This document shows positions 50,001-61,150 of a DNA stretch of 64,000 bases, piece by piece. This DNA comes from Mobula hypostoma (taxonomy: Eukaryota). The notes under the pieces were generated by a model. The model made no database searches. It was not told the DNA's origin and worked only from the letters and a program-made list of their open reading frames with translations. The DNA lies in contig NC_086097.1 in the NCBI RefSeq assembly GCF_963921235.1, forward strand, positions 133,054,001-133,118,000, written 5' to 3'. How positions within the stretch are numbered: the first letter of the stretch is position 1; every line of letters begins with the position of its first letter. The position numbers and the translations under genes are program-made.

Positions 50001-52116
50001 ATCCCTTACAGGCAGCGGCGGAATTGAACCCAGGTCATTGGCGCTGTAATTGTGATGCACTACCCACTGCACTACTGTGCTGTCCTTAGCTCTTTGGGCA
50101 GGTACTTGGATTGAAAAAGGGTCAAGGGACACCTTCAGCTGTTCCTTCCGTCTGACTTCTGGTAGAAAAACACCTCATTTTCCAACTAGGTTTGTTACAA
50201 CTCTCCCGACTTTTAAGATAAACAATTCTGTGTTAACCTCCATGCTTTCCCTTTCACACGGTTGTGACTGTACCTTTCTGTATCCATTTGTTTCTGCAAT
50301 ATTTTGTTCCAATTGCTTTTAAAGTAACTGTTATCTTGACAAATGCTGGTGTGCATGCTGGTACAGAAATTGCCCATTCCCTCTGCCTCCCCCTTACTGC
50401 AATTATAAAACGTAATTGTAAAACATCTTTCTCATTACGGTGCAACGTCTGTGACCCTCTCCTAAAGAAAAAAAATCAGCTTGGTGTTTCTTTCCCTATT
50501 GAAGCTCTCTGCTCTGCTGAACCCTTCCAGGGTTGATTTTGCTTCCAATTTAGGGTATAGGATTTGTCTGGAGGGTGCTGCCTTGGGCATTTAAAGAATT
50601 TTCTCATTGTTGCACAGTATCCTTCAATTAGATTTGAGAGTGGAAATTTAATCCATGACCTTCTGGCACTACTGCACAATGATTCAAGGTTGACACTGTT
50701 TCTACTGTTGTAATTTTAAGCTCAAAGTAAATTTATTGTCAATGTATGTTACCATACACTACCTTGAGATTCATTTTCTTGTGGACATTTATAGGAAAAA
50801 AGTGCAATAGAATGTTATGAAAATCGAAACAAGCTGGCATATGACTGATATGCAAATGAAGACAAATTGTGTAAATAAAAAATCACTGGGAACATGAATT
50901 ATAAAGAGTCTTTGAAAGTGAGTCTGTAAGTTCTGAAATTTGTTCGGAGTAGTGGTGAATGAAGTTATCCATACCAGATCAGGAGCCTGGTGGTTGTAGG
51001 GTAATAACTGATCCTGAAGCTGGTGGTGTGGGACCTAAGGGTTCTGTACCTCCTGCCCAATTAGTGGTAGTGAGAAGAACGCATGGCCTGGATGGTTGTG
51101 TGTTTTGGGGGGGGGGGTGCGGGGTGGTTGGTGTCTTTGTTGACTGCTGCTTTCTTTTGTGGTAGGACTCCATGTAAATATACTCAAGGCTGGAGAGGAC
51201 TTTGCTTGTGATGCACTGGGCTGTATTAATATCTTCGGTAGCTTTTTCCATTCCTGAGCATTGGTGTTTCCATGCCATAGCATGATGCAACCAGTAAAGA
51301 TACTCTGAATTTACAGAACTGTCAAAGTTTTTGTTGACACAAAACTCTAAGAAAGTAAAGTTGCTGTCTTGCCTTCTTTTTGATAACACTTGTGTGCTGG
51401 TGCCAGGGAATATCCTCTGATATATGTTAATACCAAGGATTTTAAAGTTACTGATCCTTGGTACACCTCAGATCCCCTAATGAGGACTGGCTCGTGGATC
51501 TCAGGCACCTTCCTCTTGTAGCTGAGAATCAGCTCTTAGATTTTGCTGATGTTGAGTGAGCGGTTGTTGTGACTGCACTCACCCAGATTTTTAGTCTCTG
51601 CCCTCTATGCTGATATGGCTAACGGTGGTGTCATCAGCAAATGTAAATATTGGATTGGAGCTGAACCTAGTATAAGGTGAATGGAGCAGGTAACTCAGCA
51701 GAGCCCTGTATCATTGTGCTGATGGTGAATCAATGTCACATGTACATTTCCTCTTGGAAATTGGACTTCGGATTGAAATGTGAAGTTGTCAGATTTAAAA
51801 CAAGGATGGGTCAAGAGTCTGTGACGGTGCAACTGATTTGGGTCTCCCTCCCCCATTCCGAATGTAAATCTATTCGCAGAACCTGCTACAGGAATAGCGA
51901 TGATGACCCACTCACTGAAATGGAAAGCAGTGCCAAACTTTGAGGAAATTCCTCACCTCCCTGTTCCAGGGATCCTGGGTAGTCTGTAGTAGTGAAACTG
52001 TGAAGGTGAGTAATTAATTGCATTGCAGAATTCTCAGGCTGAATTGGAAAGCAGTTTTTCCCATTTTATTTTTCTGTAAGTCCTCAAGCCCCAAATGAAT
52101 ATTGGAATGTAGGTAG

Positions 52117-52313
52117 GTCTCTCTCCCCCCCGTCTCCCCCCCCGTCTCCCCCCCCGTCTCCCCCCCCGTCTCCCCCCCCCGTCTCCCCCCCCGTCTCCCC
52201 CCCCCCTCTCCCCCCCCCCGTCTCCCCCCCCCCGTCTCCCCCCCCCCTCCCCCCCCCCGTCTCCCCCCCCCCGTCTCCCCCCCCCGTCTCCCCCCCCCCC
52301 GTCTCCCCCCCCC
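52117..52313. repeat. C-rich minisatellite, unit GTCT(C)n
   Basis: About 200 bp of gtct plus C-runs of variable length. Confidence 0.95.
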
Positions 52314-52540
52314 ACCGAATTTCTGAACAATTGGATAGTGAATTATTGGAATGTATAAGTGAGTTGGAGAGAGGAAATATGTATAAATGTTTTTTGTTCA
52401 TATTTCTTTCCAATGAGTATCTTTGAACTGTTGTCACCAGTAAGTGAAGCTTGAGTAATGGGTCCTTGTGTTTAATCTACTCCTATGGGCACATTTAATG
52501 GCCAAGTTTCCCCCAATACACATGTGCCTTGGTTCAATGT

Positions 52541-52765
52541 GTTGGGCACGTGGCCAAGTGGTTAAGGTGTTCGTCTAGTGATCTCAAGGTCGCTAGTTTG
52601 AGCCTCAGCTGTGGCAGCGAGTTTGTGCCCTTGAGCAAGGCACTTAACCACACATTGCTCTAGTCTGTGTGAGGAGTGGCGCCCCACACGGCCTTCAATC
52701 TGCGCCTTGTAAGGCATGAAAATGCCTGACGCAGGCCTCTCATGGTCTGAGTCGATGTTCCCCCA
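52541..52765 (+). mobile_element. tRNA-derived SINE sharing its head with 29290-29601
   Basis: gggcacgtggccaagtggttaagg..ccttgagcaaggcacttaaccacacattgctct is shared; the body differs. Confidence 0.85.
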
Positions 52766-55700
52766 CCTACCCCTCCCTCCTTGGTTCTATGAACCAGCGA
52801 GGTTAGATTCTCTGCGCCCCCCCCCCCCGGGGGAAAGAATGTTGATATGCCCAGAGGTGAACATCTGCTCAGAGGTTTCATTTTGAAAAATCTAGAATTA
52901 AATTAAAGCTACTTCTGTAAAATTACTGGGTGGTTGTTTTGGAACAAACATGGTTATTTGCACTTTTTGGGATAAAATATCTGGCAATATGTGACTGCAG
53001 TGTGATTGTTGTAGAGCTGTACATGGTAACAAGCACTTCAGCCCTCTGGGTCTGTGCTGGTCATCTATCACCCACCCTAAACAATCTCATTTTATTTTGC
53101 CTACATTCTCATCAGCTCTCCCCAGATATGAACACTCCGGCACATCATGGGCAGTTTAAAGCATCCATTTAACCTACCTAACTGCACATGTCTTTGGGAT
53201 GTGGGAGGAAACTGGGACACCCGTAAGAAACCTATGGAAAAAGTGCAAACTGCACAAAGGCAGCATCTGAGGTCAGGTTTGAAGCTGGGTCTCTGGTGCT
53301 GTGAGGCAGCAACTCCACCAGTTGTGTAAAACAGTGGGTTTGCAACTATCCTTGGTTTGGGGGGTGGAGGGGAAGAATAATTCTGGCGCCTGTCAAGGAT
53401 GAGGGTGTTGAAGCAACTGGGAAAGAAACTCCTGACAGTCAGAGCTTGTGAAAGTGTTTGACTTGCCAGTGGATCTTTCTACCGGGATAACTGTCCATGT
53501 TATTAAATCCCCGGCATACACAAATGGGACAATACACTGGGAACAATTAAAATATGCATGATTAAAGCACTAGAAAATGTGCACAGGCTTTTCTATCAAT
53601 TAATTACAATTAAACTATTTGAATTAAATCAAATAATGTTGCATGCCATTGTTCGAGCAACTGCATCAGGCATTGATTTAATTGGGACCGTTGCACTTGT
53701 GCCAGGTTTAGCCATGGGCCAGTGAGCTGGGATATTTGTAGAAGATTTACTACGTAGGATGTCTCCTGTGTTGTGCTGGTGAAAAGGTACAATGATATAA
53801 TGGAAGGTGCTTGTGTATTGGACGTTGGGAATTCCGCAGCAAAACGGGGGAATTCAGAAGCTCGGTACCCTGGGCAGGTGACCTGCCTTCCTGTAAAATG
53901 GCTATATCACAGAAAAAAGTAGGTTCAACCCCTTGAGTCAGTGCCCTGTTCTGATTTGCTGTCAGCACAGGGAGTGTGCCAGTATGTATGAATGTTTTAT
54001 TCCTGAATTTTGGGGGGGTGGGAAGCAAATATATCGGATCAGAACAATGTTGCTTGACATATCAGTTGTGTGTTTTGAATGAAGGTCTACAGTATTAAAG
54101 CTGCTAAAGAACAGTAAAATACATTAACCTTGAAAGAAATCAGTTAATTTACAAATTGTATTATTCATATTGTTAAAGGTATCAGCTGCATTCTCATCAA
54201 CTTAAAAAATGAACTGATTGAACAGTATTTGTATAATAGAGCTAATGAAATTCAGAATGAAACGTATATGATTACTGCAGGAGTTTCCTATGTATGTTGC
54301 AAATGTCTGGGATATTGCTTCTTCTAAAGCATTAGAGCGTAGTCAACGTCTTCACCCTCGATTTCAAACATTGGTTAGGGTTTATAAATTTGCTAATCAA
54401 TTGTTTTTTTTTTGTAACATCACCTAATCCCTCTTCAACTCCTGCCGCCTTTACAGCTTCATGCTTTAAAGGTGATTTTCATTTTTTTCCCCCTGCCTGC
54501 TGTGACACGCCAATTTGTTTCCCAATTCAAGTATCATGTGAAAAATCCAATTTGTGCTTTTCTTAGGAACTGTGCAAAGCTCATGATTCCTGAGGTAAAT
54601 CAGAAAACTTATGATTCAGTGGAACCCCTTTCCAGCTGGATGAAAGGGTTTCCCAGTCTAGGACAAATGATATAGGGCATAGATAGGGTGAATGCACTCT
54701 GTCGTTTTCCCAGAGCTAGAAAACATAGGTTTAAGGTGTGGGGGGGGGGGGGAATTAAAAATAACCTTTTTGAGAATGTGCCAGATGTGCTGAATGAGCT
54801 GCAAAAGAAAGTGGTTGTGGAAATGTTGACCTTTAAAAGACATTTGAAAGGGTACGCGGGTATGAAAAGTTTTGAGGGATGTGGGTGAAATGCTGGTAAA
54901 TTGGATCAACTCAGCTGGACATCTTGGCTGGCATTGAGTTGTATTGAGCCTGTTTCTGTGTTCCATAAATCTGATACTTATTAAAAGGATTCAAGATTAA
55001 GGTGGGTAGATTTAAAGGATTGGGATTATTGGGTAAGGGGTAGTTAGGAAAATGGGCAAGGCACAAGATCAGATGTAATCTTATTGAAATACAGTGCAAA
55101 TTTAAGGGATGGAATGTTTTCCTATACCTTGGGTTGCAATCGCACAGGTGAATACTTTCACTTAAAAAGAGCTTTCATCTGTTATTCAATCCCAGCCCCT
55201 TCATTGCACTCACTGTATCTCGATACCGAATCTCCAAGCAAAGTAATGTTGTAATAGAGATGGGACAACCTTTCTGATCCCCATGTCTAACTTAAAATTG
55301 CATTGATTATCACTGACAATGTCATAATGTATGTTTTGTGGAAGCAGTACAGTGCAATACATAAATACTATAACAACAAAAATAAATAATACTGCTGAAG
55401 AGAAATAGCAAAGTAGTGTTTATGGACTGACCAGAAATCTGACGGTAGAGGAGAAGAAGCTGTTCCTAAAACATTCATTGCATATTTTGTAAAGTACCGT
55501 CATTCAGTGGCAAGTGTTGCTAGTTTTACTAGTATGGGGCCCACTTTAACCATTTATTTAGTGGTACAGCATGGAGTAGGCCCTTCTGGCCTTTTGAGCC
55601 ACATTGCCCTAGCAACCCCCAATGGCCAGATTGGGTAAATTGTCATGGGACAATTTACAATGATCAATTAACCTATCCAGTATGTCTTTGAACTGCGGGT

Positions 55701-56075
55701 GGCAACGGGTGCACCCGCGGAAACGCACACATTCTGTGGTGAGGATGTGCAGCCTCCTTACAGAAGAGGAATTGAACTGTGAACTCCGAAGGTCCAAACT
55801 TTAAAGCGTCATTCTAACCACTATGCTACCTTGTCATCCATAACAAGCCTTTTGCCCCTCCACAGAAGCTGCCTTTCTTGCTCATACTTCAACGGTTTTC
55901 TGCTTCATTGTAGGCTAATAAATGTTTACAATGTAATATATACAATCCTGGGGTCTGATGATGCTCTTGCCTAAATCTCGGCCATGCCATCGGGACACCA
56001 GGTAGATTGATAAGCTGATTGTATCTGTTATTTTATAGTCATTAAGAAAACCTGTTTCTTTTTAATTTCTTGTAG

Positions 56076-56193
56076 GGACCTATCTAAAGGACATATTCCA
56101 TTCTCTCAGTTGGGCTCCTTCCCAGAGTTCTTGCCTCAAGAATGTGTACCTCCATCTTCCCCGGATCAGTATAATCCTTGTGTTGTTTTTGAG
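56076..56193 (+). CDS. Candidate internal exon (118 nt) of the gene starting at the CpG-rich region
   Basis: Strong acceptor tttctttttaatttcttgtag and donor GAG|GTATGT; phase-compatible with 45261-45472, giving R-DLSKGHIPFSQLGSFPEFLPQECVPPSSPDQYNPCVVFE. Confidence 0.55.
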
Positions 56194-57479
56194 GTATGTC
56201 TCTAAGATTTGCAATTACTGTTCATTCCAGTTGCTCTTCCTTTCTTCTCCCCATTACCTACGCATAGAATTGTTGCCATAAAGCAGGATTTTCTCATTCA
56301 GTCTGGATAGAGTAGTGCTGTCTGTGCAGAGCACCCCTCATCACACTTCACCCATCTCTGCTGCTGTCACAATTCGGGGACTGAATAACTTTGAAATCAC
56401 CACTTTTGATTAGTTGAGATCCTGTAAAAGTACAGGAAAGTAAGAATTACTTGAATTTTCATCATTTGAGCAGTTGGGAGCGTAACAAAAAATATGGAAT
56501 TCTCAACTGTGACAAGTGCAAGCCTTATGCAAGTGGGACAGAAGCAAAAATGGGCTATGTTGACTGGGGATCACAGCAGCCACTGCTTATGGTAATGATT
56601 TTTTCCGTGCTTGCAATTTGTAGCTGTTATCTCATTCTGTGTGGGAGAGCCTGCTGTATTGTTTATTCTGCCGTAACACAATGTTCACAATGGTTTTAAA
56701 AGCAGTTTGGGAGACCTGAAATTTTTAAGGTCAGGTTCAGATCTTCCTTCCAATGTCAGCCTTGTTTTATGTAAATAACCTGGCTGGCTACCTAGGTTCC
56801 AAAATCCTCTGAGCTGTTATCTCCAATAACTGTCTAGGTGTTTGCATATAGAATGCCAGGTATTTTTTTTATTTGTACAGTGTTGATAGAGTACCTCCCA
56901 TGGATTGTTCTTCACAAAAGTGCTTGGTTTTCAGTGTTGGGTTCCTTTTCAGGCAGAGTCCTGCTGATTTTCACGTTACCTTCTGTGCACCTGCTTTGTC
57001 TGACCTGCTGTGATTTTAGTGGTCACCAGTTGGGCTGTGGTTTCCACGCTGATCACTGTCACAGTGTCTGAAATGGAACTGGGACACCTAAAGATTTGTC
57101 CAATGCCCATTGGTCACAGTAGCCAAGGTAGGAGGGGAGGAATGGCCCAATCCACTCTCCAAGGCTCTTGGCTCCTCCCTAGAAGCTTTATTTTATTGTA
57201 AGAGTGCAACCAAACACTGTGATGCACCAAATTGATAACAGCAGCAGGTGAAGGAAGTTGAGGATGTGAGGGGAAGGGTACCATGATCTAAAGGTTCTAG
57301 GTCTGGAATATAATAAAGATAAAGCACACCCACAGATGGAGTTATTCATCAGAATTTTATGTAAGAGAACAGATTGTAAAGACAAAATACTTCCCACTGG
57401 CCTATCACTGTCATTGAATAAATCATTGTAATTGTTCATAATTGGGGGGGGGGGGGAGAACTAACTTTGTTTAGTAAAC

Positions 57480-59620
57480 AATAGCAAAGCAAGCAAGCCA
57501 TAAAGAAAGGTGAGAGTGGATATTGGACCACTGGAAAATTACACTGGAGAGGTAGCACTGGTGGATAAAGAGATGGCAGGTGAACTGAATAAGTATTTTG
57601 CATCACTCTTCACTGGAAGACACTAGCAGTATGGCACAAATGTGAGTGTCAGGGCAGAAGTGAGTGGAGAAGGTGCTTGGAAAGCTGAGTGGTCTGAAGG
57701 TAGATAAGCCACCCAGACCAGATAGACTGCAGATGGGGTTCTGAAGGAGATGGCTAAAGAGATTGTGGAGGCATTAGAAATGAACTTTTAAGAATCACTA
57801 GATTCTGGAGGACTGGAAAATTGCAAATGTTACTTCGCTCTTTAAGAAAAGGGGCAGAAGAAAGGAAATTGCAGGCCAGTTAGCTTGACTTCAGTGGTTG
57901 GAAAAATGTTGGAGTCCATTATTAAGTTTGAGGTTTTGGAGTACTTGAAGGCACATGATTAAAATAGCCCAAAGTCAGCATGGTTTCCCTAAGGGGAAAT
58001 CTTGTCCGACAATTTGGAATAATTTGAGGAAATAACAGGCAAGATGGGTAAAGGAGAGTCAGTGGATGTTATTTACTTGGATTTTCAGGAGGCCTGTGAC
58101 ATGAGCCTGCTTATCAGATAAGAGCCCAAGGTATTACAGGAAAGATGTGTGCGGGGTCTTTCTTTTTTGTATGTTAAATTTAAAATGGCTTCTTTGTTAT
58201 GTTATACTTGGGAATGCTTCTTTGTTAAACGCTGAGAAAGTCCTTCCCGCTAGCAGTTTGTTGAATCACGTTACTGATAAGAAGATGTTATGAACCAATT
58301 GGGACAATTGTTATGTTTTTGGTGTATTTGAAGATACTGTATGCGCGGGGTTTTGGGGCAGAAGGCGGGAGAGAGAGACAGAGAATGGACCAGCTGCTGT
58401 TAGTCCGCTAACGGGGTCGGACCTTGAGTGGGGCATTCGGTGAGGAGACGGAGACAGACTCGAGTGGAGCGTCTGGTCGACCACCGTTGTTGGTCCCAGG
58501 CAGCCAGTCAAGGCGGTCCGAGAGGTCGCAGGGTGAAGAAGAAGGGTCCAGAGCTCCAACGTTTTTGTGCACGAAGTGATTGAACTTTGATAAGTGTGGC
58601 GCCTTTTATTTTCCTTTTATATTTTATTCTCTATTAATTATATAGTTCCAGTAATATTTATAAACTGTAAACCATTTAATCATATCTGGTGTATTGTCTG
58701 TTATTTGCGTGGGGTGGGGTACATCACACAGCATCCACACAAACTAATTACCCAGTTTGGCGGGGCCGAGGCTGTTTCCCTAGTTGACAGCGAGCCAAGC
58801 GACCCTGAGGGTGGCCAGGGAGCCTACAGATGTTAGCATGGATGGAATGTTGACTGACTGACAGGAAGCGAAGAGTGGGAATAAAGGGATCTGTTCTGGG
58901 TGGTGCACAGGGGGTCTCTGTTGGGACTGCTTCTTGGCCCGTTGTATCCCAGTGATTTGGATGATGGAATTGATGCTTTGTAGTAAAGTTTACAAATGAT
59001 ACAAAGGTAAGTGAAGGGACAGGTACTGTTGAGGAAGCAGGGAGTCTGCAGAAGGGCTTGGGCAGTTTGGGAGAATGGGCAAAGACTTGGTAGACAGTAG
59101 GGAAGTGTATGGTCATGCACTTTGGTAGAAGGAATAAAAGTGTAGACTATTTTCTAAATGGGAAGAAAATTGAAAAATCAGATGTGAAAAGGTACTTGAG
59201 AGATCTTGTGCAGGATTCTCTAAAAGTTACTTTGCAGGCTGAGTCAATAGTGAGGAAGGCAAATGCAATGTTAACATTCATTCAAAAGAACTAGAATATA
59301 AAAGCAAGGATGTAATGTGAATGCTTTATATTGTAATGGTCAGATTGCACTTGGAGTATTGTGAACAACTTTGGGCCCCTTATCCAAGAAAAGATAAATT
59401 AACATTGGAATGGGGCCCAGAGGAGGTTTACAAGAATGTTCCAGGAATGAAAGGGTACATGCACAAGGAGTGTTTGAGGGCTCTGGGCCTGTACTCGCTG
59501 GAGTTTAGAAGAATGCAGGGGGAATCTTATTGAAACTTTTCATATTGAAAGGCCTAGATTGAGTGGTTGTTTCCAATATTGAGGGAGAATAGAACCAGAA
59601 AGACAGCCTCAGAATACTGA
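57480..59620 (+). mobile_element. Decayed CR1 split by a solo LTR
   Basis: ggtattacaggaaagatg resumes ttagcatgg (GITGKMLAW) across the LTR; ORFs 59109 and 59321 are CR1 C-terminal. Confidence 0.9.
58148..58828. mobile_element. Solo LTR (681 bp)
   Basis: TGTG...TACA termini, exact 4-bp TSD GATG (58144-58147, 58829-58832). Confidence 0.9.
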
Positions 59621-60139
59621 ACAGGGGTTTTGTAATGTGGTGGAGGCAAGTTGGCAGTGGAGCCCTCTATTGCAGAAGTTTCTGTGAAGGAGTCACTGAT
59701 TGGTGCTCTGCACCTGAACACAGGCATCTTCAGTCTATCTTTTTGCCGCTCTGACTAGGGTTTGGGTGACCTTGGTTCTGGTCTGGAGATGTACAGTTTC
59801 TTATATAATCCTGTGGCGTGGTTGAAGGTGAGGTGCACTTTGAGACGTGGAATGCAGAAAAAGTATTTAAAATATGCTGCTGCTGCTTTGCTGTTTTGTT
59901 AGTGTATCAACTTGCATGGTATCAGGAAGTAAATGTAAAATGAGTCTTTGAAGTCCAGTGTGAAGACTGAGCCACTTCTTATAACATAGGAGCCCTCTCA
60001 ACAAAAGCTGACAATAGCAATAACGCTCACTCACTCTTGTGAATTGGCACAGTCTTTGAAATTTTGAGGTAAATGGTATTTAGAGGTCAAACCTCAAGCC
60101 CAGTCCTATGGCAGCTCTAACCTCTTCTTGAAATTAGGA

Positions 60140-61150
60140 CTGCTGACATGAAAGAAAATTATGGGCCAATTAGACTGAACTCAGCGGCTGGGAAGATGTT
60201 GGAGTCGCTTGTTAAGGACGAGGTCTCGGGGTACTTGATAAAATAGGCCAGTCAGCATGGGTTCCTGAAGGGAAAATCCTGCCTGACGATCTTTGGAATT
60301 TTTGGAGGAAATATCAAACAGGATAGAGATCGGTGGATGTTGTGTAGTTGTATTTTCAAAAGGCCGTTGAGGCTGCTTCAAAAGAGAAGAACCCATGGTA
60401 TTAAAGGATAGAGGATTGGGAGGAGGCAAAGAGTGGGAATAAGGGAGTCTTTTATGGTTGGCTGCTGGTGACTGGTAGTTTTCCACAGGGATTGTTATTG
60501 GGACAGCTTCTGTTTATTTTATATATCAGTGATTTGGATGAAGAAATTGATGGCTTTGTGGCCAAGTTTGCAGATGTTACGTAGATGGGTGGCGGAGCAG
60601 GTAGTGCTGAGAAAGCAGGGAGGCTACAGAAGGAGAATGGGCAAAGAAGTGATGGATGGAATCTGAGTTGCAAAGGGACTTGGGAGTCCTTGTGCAAGAT
60701 TTCCCAAAGGTTAACTTGCAGGTTGAGTCAGTGGTGAGGAAGACAAATGCAATGTTAGCATTCTTCTCACGAGGACTAGAATATAAAAGCAAAGGTGTAA
60801 TGCTGAGGCTTTAAGGTCCTGGTGAGACCTCACCTGGAGTATTGTGAGCAGTTTTGGGGCTCCTTATCTAAGGGAGGACTTGCTAACTTTGGAGAGGATT
60901 CAGAGAAGGTTCTCACGAATGATTCCAGGAATAAAAGGGTTATCATCTGTGGAGCATTTGATCGCTCTGGGTCTGTACTTGATGGAATTTAGAATAATTG
61001 GGGGGGGGGGGAGGAATATCCTCATTGAAACTCATTGAATATTTGAAAAGTCTAGATTGAGTGGATGTGGAGAGGATGTTTCTTGAGTCTAGGACCAGAG
61101 GGCATAGCCTCAGAATACAAGAATGTCTATTTAGAATGGAGATGAGGTGG
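60140..61150 (+). mobile_element. Decayed CR1 RT fragment
   Basis: cagcatgggttcctgaagggaaaatcctgcctgac, gccaagtttgcagatg, gtgagacctcacctggagtattgtg. Confidence 0.9.

Noticed and set aside
51885..51990. C/D snoRNA-like ATGATGA, CTGA, TGAGGA
   Set aside because: No terminal D box (CTGT instead of CTGA).
52034..52437. Gly-rich minus-strand ORFs
   Set aside because: Translation of the C-rich minisatellite.
45261..56193. Gene symbol assignment (short resemblances to DELE1, SUPV3L1, C6orf136, D2HGDH)
   Set aside because: Matches are a few residues from memory and do not extend; a BLAST search is needed.
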